Source of the DNA: an uncultured delta proteobacterium
GTDB taxonomy: Bacteria; Desulfobacterota; Desulfobacteria; Desulfobacterales; B30-G6
Assembly: GCA_963823335.1 (NCBI GenBank)
Contig: CAWGLD010000001.1
Location: 1,920,001 to 1,984,000, forward strand
Direction: 5' to 3'
Length of the DNA: 64,000 nt
The translations under genes and the position numbers were made by a program. The stretch's first letter is position 1. The number at the start of each line of letters is the position of its first letter. This document shows positions 9,409-20,037 of the stretch, one piece after another. The notes under the pieces are model-generated. The model had not been told where the DNA came from and did not search any database. It was given only the letters and a program-made list of their open reading frames with translations.

Positions 9409-11635
9409 ATGGATTCTTCAGATATGGTAGATGAGAGAGCGGATGGGGTTACCATCGTCCGTACCACATCCACCTTTGATTGCGGGGGTCGATGCCCCAT
9501 CAAACTACACGTAAAGGACAACAAGATACTGCGTGTTGAAGGTGACGACATCGCGGGTACCGACCAACAGCTCAGGACCTGTCTGCGCTGTCGGGCCTAC
9601 CGCCAGTATGTCCACCATCCGGAACGGCTCATGCACCCGCTCAAACGTGTGGGGGAGAAGGGTGAAGGCAAATTTGAAAGAATTTCCTGGGACGAAGCCC
9701 TGGATACGCTGGCGAACAAACTCAAAAAAGTCAAGGAGACGTATGGGAATGCAGGTATTCTTCTGGCTACGGGAGGCGCCTACATTGCCGGGCTTCACAA
9801 CGGCGGGTTTGCCGCAGCCCGATTGCTGGGACAGTTTGGCGGCTATACCACCCACTACGGCAACATCTCGTCCGAAGGGGCTGTGTGGGCTTCCCTGACC
9901 CAGTATGGATCCGTGATGGTGGGCAACAGCCGGGAAGACATGCTCAATTCAAAACTGATTATCCTGTGGGGTTGGGATCCGGCCCGCATGATTTCCGGCA
10001 CCAACACCATGTACCACCTGATAAAGGCCAGGGAGAACGGTGCCAGAGTGATCGCCATCGATCCGCGCTATCACGACACCGCGGCAGCCGTAGCCGATGA
10101 GTGGATTCCCATCTACCCCAGCACGGACACGGCCATGATGGTGGCTATGGCTTACGTCATGATCAAAGAGGACCTGCACGATCAAGCATTTCTGGATAAA
10201 TACACACTGGGGTTTGAGACGTTCCGGGCCTATGTCATGGGTGAGGAAGACGGTGTGCAGAAAACACCGGCCTGGGCAGCGGAGATTACGGGTGTCCCGG
10301 CCGGAACCATCGAGCGGGTTGCCAGACTGTATGCCCAAACAAAACCGGCCGCTCTGATGGACTGCCAGGGGCCTGCCCGGAGTGCCATGGGGGAGCAGTA
10401 CAACCGTTGTGCGTCTACCCTGTGTGCCATGACAGGCAACGTGGGCCGACCCGGCGGCAGTGCCGGCGGTGGTCTCATGGGGATTCCCATTGGTCACATG
10501 TTCCGCATGTCGGCCATCCCGCCGGGCAAGAATCCCGTGGAACAGGATGGTCCTAAAGTCAAGGGGACCCTGGACATCCGACTGCGCGTGGCCAAACGTA
10601 TCCACATCAACAAGCTGTTCGACGCCATTTTAAAAGGCAAGGCCGGCGGGTACCCGGCCGATATCAAGATGATGTGGTCCATGTGCAACAACTACATCAA
10701 CCAGACCGGCAACAGCAACAAGGCCCACCGTGCGCTGAAACAGCTGGATTTTCTGGCCGTGAACGAGCTTTTCATGACCGCTACGGCCCGATACGCCGAT
10801 ATTGTTCTGCCGGTGACAACGGCAGCCGAACGTTCCGATCTGACCAGACCCTGGCCGTCGGGTCCCTATTTTACATTTGTCAACCGGGCCCTGGAACCCC
10901 TGGGTGAGTGCAAATCCGACCTGGATATTGCCGGCGAACTGGCAGAGCGTCTGGGAATCGAAAATTTCAACCCCTTTACCGAAGACGACATCCTGCGCAT
11001 GTTTGTGGAACAGAACCCGGAGACAGCCCCGCTGATTCCCGACTTTGATAAATTCCGGCGTGAGGGCATCCACCGGGTGACACTGGAAAAGCCCATCGTG
11101 GCCTTTCAGGCGCAGATCGAGGACCTGGAAAATCATCCCTTTGAGACGCCTTCCGGAAAGATCGAGATTTATTCACAGCGTGTCGCAGACCTGGACACCC
11201 CCTTGTGTCCCCCTATTCCCAAGTACATGCAGGTCCCGGAGGATCGCAGCGACCCTCTGGCTGAAAAATACCCGCTGCAGCTGCTCACGCCCCATCCCAG
11301 AAACCGGGTGCATTCCGAACTGTACAAGGTGGAATGGTTGCGGGAGGTTGAACGCACCGGGCCTGGATCAACCCTGTGGACGCAGACGGCACGGGGCATA
11401 ACGGACGGTGATGAGATTTTTGTGTTCAATGATCGCGGCAGGGTGTTGATACCGGCCTGGGTGACGGAGAGAATCATACCGGGGGTTATCTCCATATTCG
11501 AAGGCGCCTGGTACACCCCGGATGAACAACGGCATCGACCGGGGCGCCTGTGCCAACACCCTGACCCGGGACGCCTACTCGGGTGGTGGGGCGGCGGTGA
11601 TGAATACGTCTCTGGTGCAGGTTGAGAAAGTATAG
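9409..11635 (+). CDS. Molybdopterin oxidoreductase catalytic subunit, DMSO reductase (DmsA-like) family, no TAT signal; frameshifts in the last ~300 bp
   Basis: DCGGRC...CLRCR Fe-S region, ERISWDEA, IDPRY, TPSGKIEIYS motifs; reconstructed end NTSLVQVEKV*. Confidence 0.88.
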
Positions 11636-11648
11636 CTATTTCATAAAA

Positions 11649-11693
11649 GAGCGACAATGTCGCGTTTCAAAAATTCGTTTCCACGAATTTATT
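11649..11693. repeat. Repeat family B, copy 2
   Basis: gcgacaatgtcgc plus aaattcgt-ttcc-acgaattt. Confidence 0.8.
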
Positions 11694-11708
11694 AAAGTGG
11701 AGAGTATC

Positions 11709-12278
11709 ATGCAAGTAGGATTTTACTTTGACCAGACGCGCTGCACCGGCTGCAGTGCATGCCGTGTGGCCTGTAAAGACTGGAACGATATCCCGGCCGG
11801 ACCGGAAAACTGGATGAACGTCCATTATTCGGAAAAAGGAAAATGTCCGGATGTATTTGTCAGCTACACTGTCGCCGCCTGCTGGCATTGTGTTGATCCG
11901 GTCTGTATCCCGGCCTGCCCGGAAGGCGCCATTTCCAAAAGAGAACAGGACGGCATCGTTCTGGTGGACAGGGAGGCCTGTATCGGCAATGAGAAATGTG
12001 ATGCCAAATGCCTGAAAGCATGCCCCTACGATGCGCCCCAGTTCGGTCCTGAAAAAGGGGCCAGGATGGGAAAGTGTAATTTCTGTGTCGACCGCTGGGA
12101 GGCCGGCAAGGTGCCGGACTGCGTGGAAGCCTGCCCGGTGAGGGCTCTGGAGGCCGGCCCCTGGATGAACTGGAGAAAAAATATGGAAAAATCAGGCAAG
12201 CCGAAGGCTTCAGGTACTCCAAGCCGGACCAAACCGGCGGTAATCTTTAAACCCAAGCAGAACCCTCAGGATCAATAA
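11709..12278 (+). CDS. 4Fe-4S ferredoxin-type subunit (DmsB-like)
   Basis: MQVGFYFDQTRCTGCSACRVAC, CWHCVDPVCIPACP and KCNFC...CVEACP motifs; likely compensating indels near the C-terminus. Confidence 0.9.
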   Translation: MQVGFYFDQTRCTGCSACRVACKDWNDIPAGPENWMNVHYSEKGKCPDVFVSYTVAACWHCVDPVCIPACPEGAISKREQDGIVLVDREACIGNEKCDAKCLKACPYDAPQFGPEKGARMGKCNFCVDRWEAGKVPDCVEACPVRALEAGPWMNWRKNMEKSGKPKASGTPSRTKPAVIFKPKQNPQDQ

Positions 12279-12290
12279 TTTCATCACGAA

Positions 12291-12315
12291 AATAAAATCG
12301 TCCTACGATTTTATT
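12291..12315. repeat. Repeat family B, copy 3 (single hairpin)
   Basis: Perfect 11-bp arms AATAAAATCGT-cct-ACGATTTTATT. Confidence 0.85.
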
Positions 12316-12328
12316 AATGGAGTAAACC

Positions 12329-13159
12329 ATGCCCAAAGTTGATTTGAGTGTGATCGGCAAAAAGAACGATCCCGTTGAATTTGAATATACCTGGAAAGAC
12401 GTGGTGTTGTACGCCTTGAGCGTGGGTGCCACCGCACAGGAGTTTTCACATGTTTACGAACACGCACCCGATGGGTTGAAGGTTCTGCCGAGCTTTTGCG
12501 TGATCCCCTCCCTCAAAGCCTTTCCCTATGTGGGTGATGTGGACTGGCCTTTGTTCTTGCACGGCGAACAGCGTATTCGTCTGCACAGACCTTTACCGCC
12601 GGAAGGAAAAGTCGTGCAGGTGGGCGAGGTAAAAAATATTTATGACAAAGGCAAGGGCGCGGTGTACGATATTCGCATTACCGGCCGCACAACGGACGAT
12701 GAACTGCTCTATGAAGCCGGGTATGTCAATTTTTATCTCGGGGCAGGCGGCTTCGGGGGAGACCCGGGGCCCAGGGGTGAGCGGCTTGAACCGCCGGAAG
12801 GCGCGGGCCCCGATTTCAGTGTGACGGAAGCCGTACCGGCATCGCAGGCCGCCCTCTATCGCCTCAACGGTGATCTCAACCCGTTGCATATCGATCCTGC
12901 GGCAGCCAAAAGGGCCGGATTCGAGCGTCCGATTCTGCATGGTCTCTGCACCTATGGTTATGCTGTCCGGGCAGTGATCAATGGCGGTCTGAATGGTGAT
13001 TCCGAGCGCCTCAATGGGTTCAGTGCACGATTTTCACGTCCGGTTTACCCGGGAGAAACATTGACCACTGAAGGATGGAAAGCAGACAAGGGCTATATCG
13101 TAAGGGTGAGTTCGCCTGCAGACACGGTGATCACCAATGCATATGCAGAGATCGCTTGA
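12329..13159 (+). CDS. MaoC-like (R)-specific enoyl-CoA hydratase (MFE-2 hydratase type)
   Basis: LHGEQ and YRLNGDLNPLHIDP...PILHGLCTYG hydratase-2 motifs. Confidence 0.9.
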   Translation: MPKVDLSVIGKKNDPVEFEYTWKDVVLYALSVGATAQEFSHVYEHAPDGLKVLPSFCVIPSLKAFPYVGDVDWPLFLHGEQRIRLHRPLPPEGKVVQVGEVKNIYDKGKGAVYDIRITGRTTDDELLYEAGYVNFYLGAGGFGGDPGPRGERLEPPEGAGPDFSVTEAVPASQAALYRLNGDLNPLHIDPAAAKRAGFERPILHGLCTYGYAVRAVINGGLNGDSERLNGFSARFSRPVYPGETLTTEGWKADKGYIVRVSSPADTVITNAYAEIA

Positions 13160-13272
13160 CCCTATAGTGGCATGAACAACATGGCAAGGTATCGATAGGG
13201 TTAATACTTCAATTTTCTTTTATCGCAAAAAGAACCGTGAAAAGTTTTGGCTGAACAGATACAGGAGGAAGC

Positions 13273-15081
13273 ATGGCTACCAAATTTTTTAGCGAAAGAA
13301 ATCTGAAGTTTATGTTGTACGAAGTGCACGACGTGTTGTTGCTCACGCAGTACGACGTATTACGCGGAACACAACCGGAAAATGTTTGATATGGTCCTGA
13401 AGGCTGCCGGACAAGGTCGGCAAGGATCTCCTTTTTCCCGATATTTGAGGAGATGGACCGCAAACAGCCGGAGCTGGTCAACGGCGAGGTCAAAGTCCAT
13501 CCCGCCGTTCGTAAAATAATGAAGGAATTCGGGGAAGGCGGCTGGATCACCGCCCGGGTCCCCTTTGATCTGGATGGCGAGCAACTGCCGCACCTGATTG
13601 CCGACACCTGCGAATATCTTTTCCAGTGTGCTAACTACTCTGCCAACGCTTATCATGGACTAACAGCCGGCGCGGCCAATTTGATTGAAACTTTTGGCAG
13701 CAAAGAACTGTATGACACCTACACACCGAAAATGTATACGGGGGAATGGCAGGGGACCATGGCTCTGACCGAGCCCGAAGCCGGTTCTTCGCTGTCCGAT
13801 ATCACCACCATGGCCGAACCAACTGATGAGGGCTATTATCGCATCAAGGGTCAAAAAATATTTATTTCCGCCGGGGACCATGATGGTGTCGATAACGTGG
13901 TACATTTAATGCTGGCCAAAATTGAAGGTGCGCCAGCAGGTGTGAAAGGCATTTCCCTGTTTGTGGTACCCAAGAAGCGTTTGGATGACAAGGGCGAGCT
14001 CGTTTCCAATGACGTTGTAACCTCCGGTATTTATCACAAGCTGGGGTATCGGGGATGTCCCATTGCGCAGCTCAGTCTGGGAGATAAAAACGACTGTCGC
14101 GGTTGGCTGGTGGGGGAACCCCATAAGGGTTTGAAATACATGTTTCTAATGATGAATGGTGCCCGAATTGGTGTCGGTTTGGGTGCCGCTGCCATGTCCA
14201 CCGCGGCCTATTATGCCGCCCTGGAGTATGCAAAGACCCGTCGCCAGGGCCGGATCGTCTCACAAAAGGATCCGAGCCTGCCGCCGGTTCCCATCATCGA
14301 GCACGCGGATGTCAAACGCATGCTGTTGTTTCAGCGTGCCGTGACCGAGGGAGGATATTCCATTCTGATGCAGTGCAGCAAATACCTGGATCTGCAGCAC
14401 ATCGTCAACGATGAAGAAAAAGAAAAATACAACCTGCTGCTGGAAATTTTGACGCCGGTCGCCAAAAGCTATCCATCGGAAATGGGTGTTCAGTCCATCA
14501 GTCAGGGATTGCAGTGTCTGGGAGGGTCGGGTTATTGTGACGATTATCCCCTGGAGCAGTATTATCGTGATGCCCGCATTCATCCGATTCACGAAGGAAC
14601 TACAGGTATTCAGGGCATGGATCTTCTGGGTCGCAAGGTGCTCATGCAGAACGGCCGCGCTTTTGAACTGCTGATAACAGAAATTCAGGCAACCGTCGCG
14701 GCTGCATCGGATTTCTCAGAACTTCGGGACCCTGCCCGACAGCTTGGCGAGGCTTTGTCGGATCTGCAAAAAGTTACCGAACATTTGGTTGCCATTGCCC
14801 GGACAAAAGGCCCTGAATACTTTCTGGCGGACGCCACCCTGTATTTGGAGCTTTTCGGTATCGTCGCTGTGGCCTGGCAGTGGCTGCTGCAGGGCAGCGC
14901 CATTCAAAAAGCCTTGAACAATGGCGCAAAAAACAAGGAGTTGAATTTTTACCACGGGAAAATGGCTGCTCTACGATATTTCTTTGGTTACGAACTGCCC
15001 AAAACACTGGGGCTGGCCGAACGCCTCATGCATACGGATGGGTTGACCGTGGACATGCGAACCGAACTCTTTAATGACTGA
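13273..15081 (+). CDS. Acyl-CoA dehydrogenase (long type); three apparent +1 indels in the first 180 bp
   Basis: RBS AGGAGG and MATKFFSERNLKF at 13273; main ORF 13453-15081 has LTEPEAGSSL, GQKIFIS and IHEGT. Confidence 0.9.
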
Positions 15082-15115
15082 TTTCACAAATAAAGATAAA
15101 ATTGAGGAGGCAGCG

Positions 15116-16837
15116 ATGAAAATTTTAAGGGTAAACATGACAGAGGCAAGCATAACCGTCGAAGATCTGCCCCGGAAATATATGGGCCTGGGGGGCAGGG
15201 GCCTGACCTCGGTCCTGATCAACGATGATGTGCCGCCTTCCTGCGACCCGCTGGGACCGGACAATAAACTTATATTTGCACCCGGTCTTCTCACCGGAAC
15301 CATGTTGGTGAACACGAGCCGGCTGTCAATCGGCGCCAAAAGCCCGCTGACCCGGGGGATTAAAGAAAGTAACGCAGGTGGAACCGTGGGAGCCTCGTTG
15401 GGCAAGCTGGGAATTGCCGCAATCATCGTCGAGGGTCAGGCGCCAGAGGGTGCATACCATCTCTTAACAATCGATGCAAAGGGTGATGCTGCCCTGGAAT
15501 CCGCCAAGGATTACACAGGTATGCGGACCTACGCTCTGGTGGAAAAACTGCTTCAGGTATATGACGAGAAAAGTGGTGTGCTGTGTATCGGGCCCGCCGG
15601 TGAATTCAGAATGGCATCGGCCTCGATCCAGAGTTCGGATGCCGATGGCCGGCCATGCAGAGCCGCAGGGCGGGGAGGTCTTGGCGCGGTCATGGGTGCC
15701 AAGGGTTTGAAAGCGATTGTTGTGAGCCCCTTTGGTAAGGGTGCCGATGCCCTGGCAGATGCGGATGGGTTCAAAGAAGCTGCCAAGGCATTTGCAGCGG
15801 CCGTCCAGGCCGACCCTTTTGCCAGCCAGATACTGCCGGCCATGGGAACGGCTGCGCTCACATCGATGGTCAACGCCATGGGCGCCTTTCCCAGTCGAAA
15901 TGCAACCCAGGGCGTCATGAAGAACCATGAGAAAATCAGTGGCGAAAAGATGGTGGCACTCATCAATGAAAGAGGTGGCAAAGTGGGCCATAGGGGTTGT
16001 TCCCAGTGCATCATTCGCTGTTCCAATGAATTTGTGGATCAGGAGGGGCAATACATAACCGGTTCCCTGGAATATGAAACCATCTGGGCCATGGGGGGCA
16101 TGACCGACATCGATGATTTGGATACCATTGCCAGGCTCGATTTTTTGGCGGATGACATCGGGCTGGATACCATGAATACGGGTGTGGCCATGGCTGTGGC
16201 TATGGACGCCGGTTACAGGGAATTTGGTGATGGCCGGGCGGCCATTGAAATGATGGAAGAAATTGCCCGGGGCACTGAGATTGGGAAAATACTCGGAAAC
16301 GGGCCCGCATCGGTGGGAAAACACTTCAATCATCATCGTGTGCCGGTAGTCAAGGGCCAGAGCATTGCGGCATACGACCCCCGGGGCATGCAGGGAAACG
16401 GTGTTACCTATGCCACCTCACCCATGGGAGCGGATCACACGGCCGGGAACCTGATCGGCAGCTATCTGACCGGTGTTCTCAACCCTCTTGAAATCGATGG
16501 GCAGGTGGCGGCTTCCCGAAATGCCCAGATTTTTATGGCCTATCTCGATTGCACGGGGCTTTGCCTTTTTACGGCCGGTGCGATGGCAAGCCAGGAGGGG
16601 GCCCAGGCATTGGTTGATATGATTAACATCAAGTGTGGTACGCAGTTGGGAACCGGGGAAGCTGTCGGTATGGGCGCCCAGGTATTGAAAGCCGAGCGGG
16701 ACTTCAATTTCAAAGCCGGTTTAACCAGGAAAGACGATCGCCTGGCCAGATTTTTCTATGAGGAACCCTTGCCACCTCACAACAAGGTATTTCTTATGAG
16801 TGATGACGACCTGGACAGTGTTCATGACCCTGTTTAA
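15116..16837 (+). CDS. aor: Tungsten-dependent aldehyde:ferredoxin oxidoreductase family protein
   Basis: KSPLT, IGPAGE, AAGRGGLGAVMGAKGLKAI, CxxCxxxC, EYET and DPR motifs. Confidence 0.9.
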   Translation: MKILRVNMTEASITVEDLPRKYMGLGGRGLTSVLINDDVPPSCDPLGPDNKLIFAPGLLTGTMLVNTSRLSIGAKSPLTRGIKESNAGGTVGASLGKLGIAAIIVEGQAPEGAYHLLTIDAKGDAALESAKDYTGMRTYALVEKLLQVYDEKSGVLCIGPAGEFRMASASIQSSDADGRPCRAAGRGGLGAVMGAKGLKAIVVSPFGKGADALADADGFKEAAKAFAAAVQADPFASQILPAMGTAALTSMVNAMGAFPSRNATQGVMKNHEKISGEKMVALINERGGKVGHRGCSQCIIRCSNEFVDQEGQYITGSLEYETIWAMGGMTDIDDLDTIARLDFLADDIGLDTMNTGVAMAVAMDAGYREFGDGRAAIEMMEEIARGTEIGKILGNGPASVGKHFNHHRVPVVKGQSIAAYDPRGMQGNGVTYATSPMGADHTAGNLIGSYLTGVLNPLEIDGQVAASRNAQIFMAYLDCTGLCLFTAGAMASQEGAQALVDMINIKCGTQLGTGEAVGMGAQVLKAERDFNFKAGLTRKDDRLARFFYEEPLPPHNKVFLMSDDDLDSVHDPV

Positions 16838-16899
16838 GATCAACTAAAAGCAACTCCCGGTTATCCGGACCGGGATTATTTGCTTGGAGGAATTCGTTC

Positions 16900-17133
16900 A
16901 TGTTTCAATTCAACCCAAAAGAGCGCTACACCATGCCGGCCCACTTTGGACCCCGAACCAGCAAAGTACCTTCGGGCTGGTATCACAATGTCACCAATCT
17001 GGTCATATCCTATCGGACCGACAGGGATAAACTGGCGGCCTATGTGCCGGAACCCTTTGAGATTGCCGAAGAGGCCATTGTATCGGTGACGTATGCCTGT
17101 AACAAAGAGGTGGACTGGCTGGCCGGGCATGGA
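16900..17133 (+). pseudogene. 5' fragment of an acetoacetate decarboxylase-family gene
   Basis: MPAHFGP...ISYRTDRDKLAAYVPEPFE...VDWLAGHG, then similarity ends abruptly. Confidence 0.65.
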
Positions 17134-17353
17134 TGTTTTTCTATCGGAAATAGAATCTGAAACGCGCAATATCTTGTTTCCCAGGTACGATCATGACCTG
17201 GTCAGAAACTATCTGGACCCTTATATCAAAAAAGGACATACAGGGACAAACGCTTGGAAAGGATTTTATTCCTACCCCAACCCCATATACGAAAAAGCCG
17301 ATTTCCTGGTGAATCCCTTTAACATTTATACCATAAGGGTTGTAAACGAATGA
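17126..17353 (+). pseudogene. 3' fragment of a 3-hydroxyacyl-CoA dehydrogenase gene
   Basis: YLDPYIKKGHTGTNAWKGFYSYPNPIYEKADFL resembles the C-terminus of the 25877-27155 protein (FLDSYIQKGELGLKSGKGFYRYPDPDYQKPGFL). Confidence 0.7.
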
Positions 17354-18837
17354 ACAGTCCAAATGATGTTGCTTTTCAATCGGCCACCGAATTGGTTAGG
17401 GCCATTCAGGACCGGCGTATCAGCTCCCTTGAACTGCTCGAGTTGTATATAGAAAGGTTTGAGCGCTTGAACCCGGTCATCAACGCCATTGTGGCCACTG
17501 ACTTCGAGAACGCCCGCCGGCGGGCCCGTCAGGCCGACGATGCGCTTTCAAAAAATGAATACTGGGGAGTGTTGCATGGACTTCCCATAACCATCAAGGA
17601 TTCCATCGAAGTCACCGGTATGCCCTGCACGTCAGGGGCGCCTGAATTGAAAAACAACCTGCCGGGCAGGAATGCCGATGTTGTTCAGGCATTACTCGAT
17701 GCCGGGGCGATCGTATTCGGGAAAACAAACCTGCCTTTTTACGCCATGGATTTTCAAAGTTATAACGATGTATATGGCCAGACAAACAATCCATGGGATG
17801 TTTCAAAAATCCCGGGTGGTTCGTCGGGCGGTTCGGCGGCAGCCCTGGCGGCAGGTTTGACCGGGCTCGAAATAGGCAGTGATATCGGCGGTTCCATCCG
17901 TAACCCGGCCCATTTTTGCGGGGTTTTCGGTCTCAAACCTTCTTTTGACATCATCCCCATGCGGGGGCATATCCCGCCGCCTCCCGGTGTATTTAAAGGT
18001 GCATACTCACTGCCGGGGGATATCGCGGTCGTCGGTCCCCTGGCCCGAAGCGCCAAAGATCTGGACTTGATTTTAGATTTGATTGTCGCTCCACCAGAAT
18101 ACCTGAAAACGGCCTGGAGTGTTCATCTGCCTCCGGCGCGAAAAAAGCGTCTCCAGGACTACAAAATAGCCCTATGGCTGGATGACCCTGTTTTTCCTGT
18201 CGACACCCTTGTGGGCGACGCTATCCAGAAGACCGCAGATGAACTGGTGAAGTATGGGGCGAAGATCCAGGAAGAAAAACCGGATATCGATTTTGCCAGG
18301 AGCCATGAAGTTTACACGCAGCTGCTTTCGGCGGTATCCAGCCCTGGTTTGCCCCGGGACATTTTCGAGCAGGCCCTGGGAGAGGTCCCGAATCTGGTGG
18401 AAACGGATAAAGGTTATCAGGCCCAGTGGGTAAGAGGAACGACGATGTTGCACCGCAACTGGCTGTCCCTCAATTACGAGCGATTGAAATTGAGGCAGAG
18501 GTGGGCCGATTTTTTTACGGAATTCGACATATTTCTATGTCCGGCCGCACCGGTAACGGCCTTTGCGCATGACCACAGCCCTTTTTTTGAACGAACCCTG
18601 GCCGTAAACCAGGAGCACAGGCCTTATGCGGACACGCTTCTGGGTTGGGCGGGGCTGACCTGCGTGGCTTATCTGCCGGCCACAATCGCTCCGATAGGTC
18701 TGGCGGAAAACGGGATGCCGGTGGGGGTTCAAGTTGTCGGTCCCTATCTTGAGGACAAAACATCGATCCATTTTGCCGGTTTGTTGGAAGAAACAATTGG
18801 CGGGTTTATGGTGCCTGCAGGATTTAAAACATCATAG
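17350..18837 (+). CDS. Amidase (amidase signature family)
   Basis: IKDS and GGSSGGSAAA...GSDIGGSIRNPA signature. Confidence 0.93.
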   Translation: MNSPNDVAFQSATELVRAIQDRRISSLELLELYIERFERLNPVINAIVATDFENARRRARQADDALSKNEYWGVLHGLPITIKDSIEVTGMPCTSGAPELKNNLPGRNADVVQALLDAGAIVFGKTNLPFYAMDFQSYNDVYGQTNNPWDVSKIPGGSSGGSAAALAAGLTGLEIGSDIGGSIRNPAHFCGVFGLKPSFDIIPMRGHIPPPPGVFKGAYSLPGDIAVVGPLARSAKDLDLILDLIVAPPEYLKTAWSVHLPPARKKRLQDYKIALWLDDPVFPVDTLVGDAIQKTADELVKYGAKIQEEKPDIDFARSHEVYTQLLSAVSSPGLPRDIFEQALGEVPNLVETDKGYQAQWVRGTTMLHRNWLSLNYERLKLRQRWADFFTEFDIFLCPAAPVTAFAHDHSPFFERTLAVNQEHRPYADTLLGWAGLTCVAYLPATIAPIGLAENGMPVGVQVVGPYLEDKTSIHFAGLLEETIGGFMVPAGFKTS

Positions 18838-18972
18838 CCAATCAGGTCGACAAGGGAATGGATCCGGTCAAATTCCTGTCGATGGTCCTAGCGGCCATCG
18901 AAAGGTGATAAACCCCCAAGAGGTTAGAAACGCGGTCGTGCCTACAATTCTATCAACAGGAAAGGAAACCCT

Positions 18973-19587
18973 ATGAAGGTTATTGGAATTAATGCGAGTC
19001 CGAGAAAGAAGGCAAACACCCAGACATTGGTTGAAGCCGTGTTGGCAGGGGCGGCAGAGAGCGGCGCGGAAACCCGTCTTGTGAATTTAAGGGAGTTGAC
19101 AATACATGGATGCCTGGGGTGTGAAGGATGTAAAAAACAACTGGGTCAATGTGTTCAGAAAGATGACCTGACCACATTGCTTAAGGACATGACAAGCTAT
19201 GATGCCATCGTAATGGGAACACCGGTTTACTGGTACCATGTGTCAGCGCAGCTCAAGATGCTGGTGGATCGCCTTTACTGCTTTTTTGAATTTGGAGAAA
19301 ACCCGGATACTGGCGAACAGACTATCCACTCGGTGTTTCCGAGCGGGAAAAAGCTTCTGTTTATCATCTCCCGTGGCGATCCTGAGCCACCAAAGTTTTT
19401 TTCACAATTTTACGATCATTTGAACGAATGGCTCACTTTGATCCCGCTTTCTCTAGGCGTTGCGAAGCATAAATTTTTGCATCAATATGAAACAGGTAAT
19501 GACCGGAAATCGGCGGTAAATGATCCCGAGATACTGGGAAAAGCCAAAGCATTGGGTGCCGGTTTTTTGTCAACGGCGTCCCTGTAG
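18973..19587 (+). CDS. Flavodoxin-fold iron-sulfur flavoprotein / NAD(P)H-dependent FMN reductase family
   Basis: ASPRKKANT, CLGCEGC...C and GTPVYW motifs. Confidence 0.85.
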   Translation: MKVIGINASPRKKANTQTLVEAVLAGAAESGAETRLVNLRELTIHGCLGCEGCKKQLGQCVQKDDLTTLLKDMTSYDAIVMGTPVYWYHVSAQLKMLVDRLYCFFEFGENPDTGEQTIHSVFPSGKKLLFIISRGDPEPPKFFSQFYDHLNEWLTLIPLSLGVAKHKFLHQYETGNDRKSAVNDPEILGKAKALGAGFLSTASL

Positions 19588-19610
19588 AAACACCGACAGG
19601 AGGCAACGAC

Positions 19611-19832
19611 ATGTCAAATTTCGAAGCAATATTGCGCCTGGATGCGACAGCCCAGGCTGAGCTGATACGCCGCAGAAAAATAAAGCCCTTGGAATTGGTG
19701 GAAGCCGCGATAGAAGGGGTCGAAAAGGTGAATCCAGACCTGAATCTGGTCATCACAACCCTTTTTCGCCTGGCGGTACAGCTCGAAGAAGCAAGACCAT
19801 GGGCTGCCCGGCGGCCACCGGTATGTGCTTGA
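19611..19832 (+). pseudogene. Internally deleted amidase (N-terminus fused in frame to C-terminus)
   Basis: DATAQAELIRRRKIKPLELVEAAIEGVEKVNP (amidase N-terminus) runs directly into TLFRLAVQLEEARPWAARRPPV (amidase C-terminus); RBS AGGAGG intact. Confidence 0.75.
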
Positions 19833-19843
19833 AGGTCAGCTGC

Positions 19844-19883
19844 AATTGAAGGACCTCGTAGCTTGATGCGAGGTCCTTCAATT
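19844..19883. repeat. 17-bp-arm hairpin related to one end of repeat family A; possible terminator
   Basis: aattgaaggacctcgta-gcttga-tgcgaggtccttcaatt. Confidence 0.7.
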
Positions 19884-20037
19884 AATGGGGGTAGGAAATG
19901 ACGACCGGAACCCAGAGGATATAGATCCCGGACGCCAGCATTGCCGTCATCAGCCATAAAAAGGCTTTTGATATATTTATGCAAAAAAAGTAAAATCGAT
20001 ACCACTATTTTTCTTGAGAACATGAAAAGGAGGACGG

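Noticed and set aside
8860-13460. Selenocysteine recoding at TGA codons in the MerR, DmsA-like and acyl-CoA dehydrogenase genes
   Set aside because: The TGAs follow frame changes; homology continues in a different frame rather than through the stop
15464-16336. Long antisense ORFs (also 27563-28423, 36503-37405, 53340-54119, 56845-57651)
   Set aside because: Shadows of well-supported genes on the opposite strand, with no motifs or RBS
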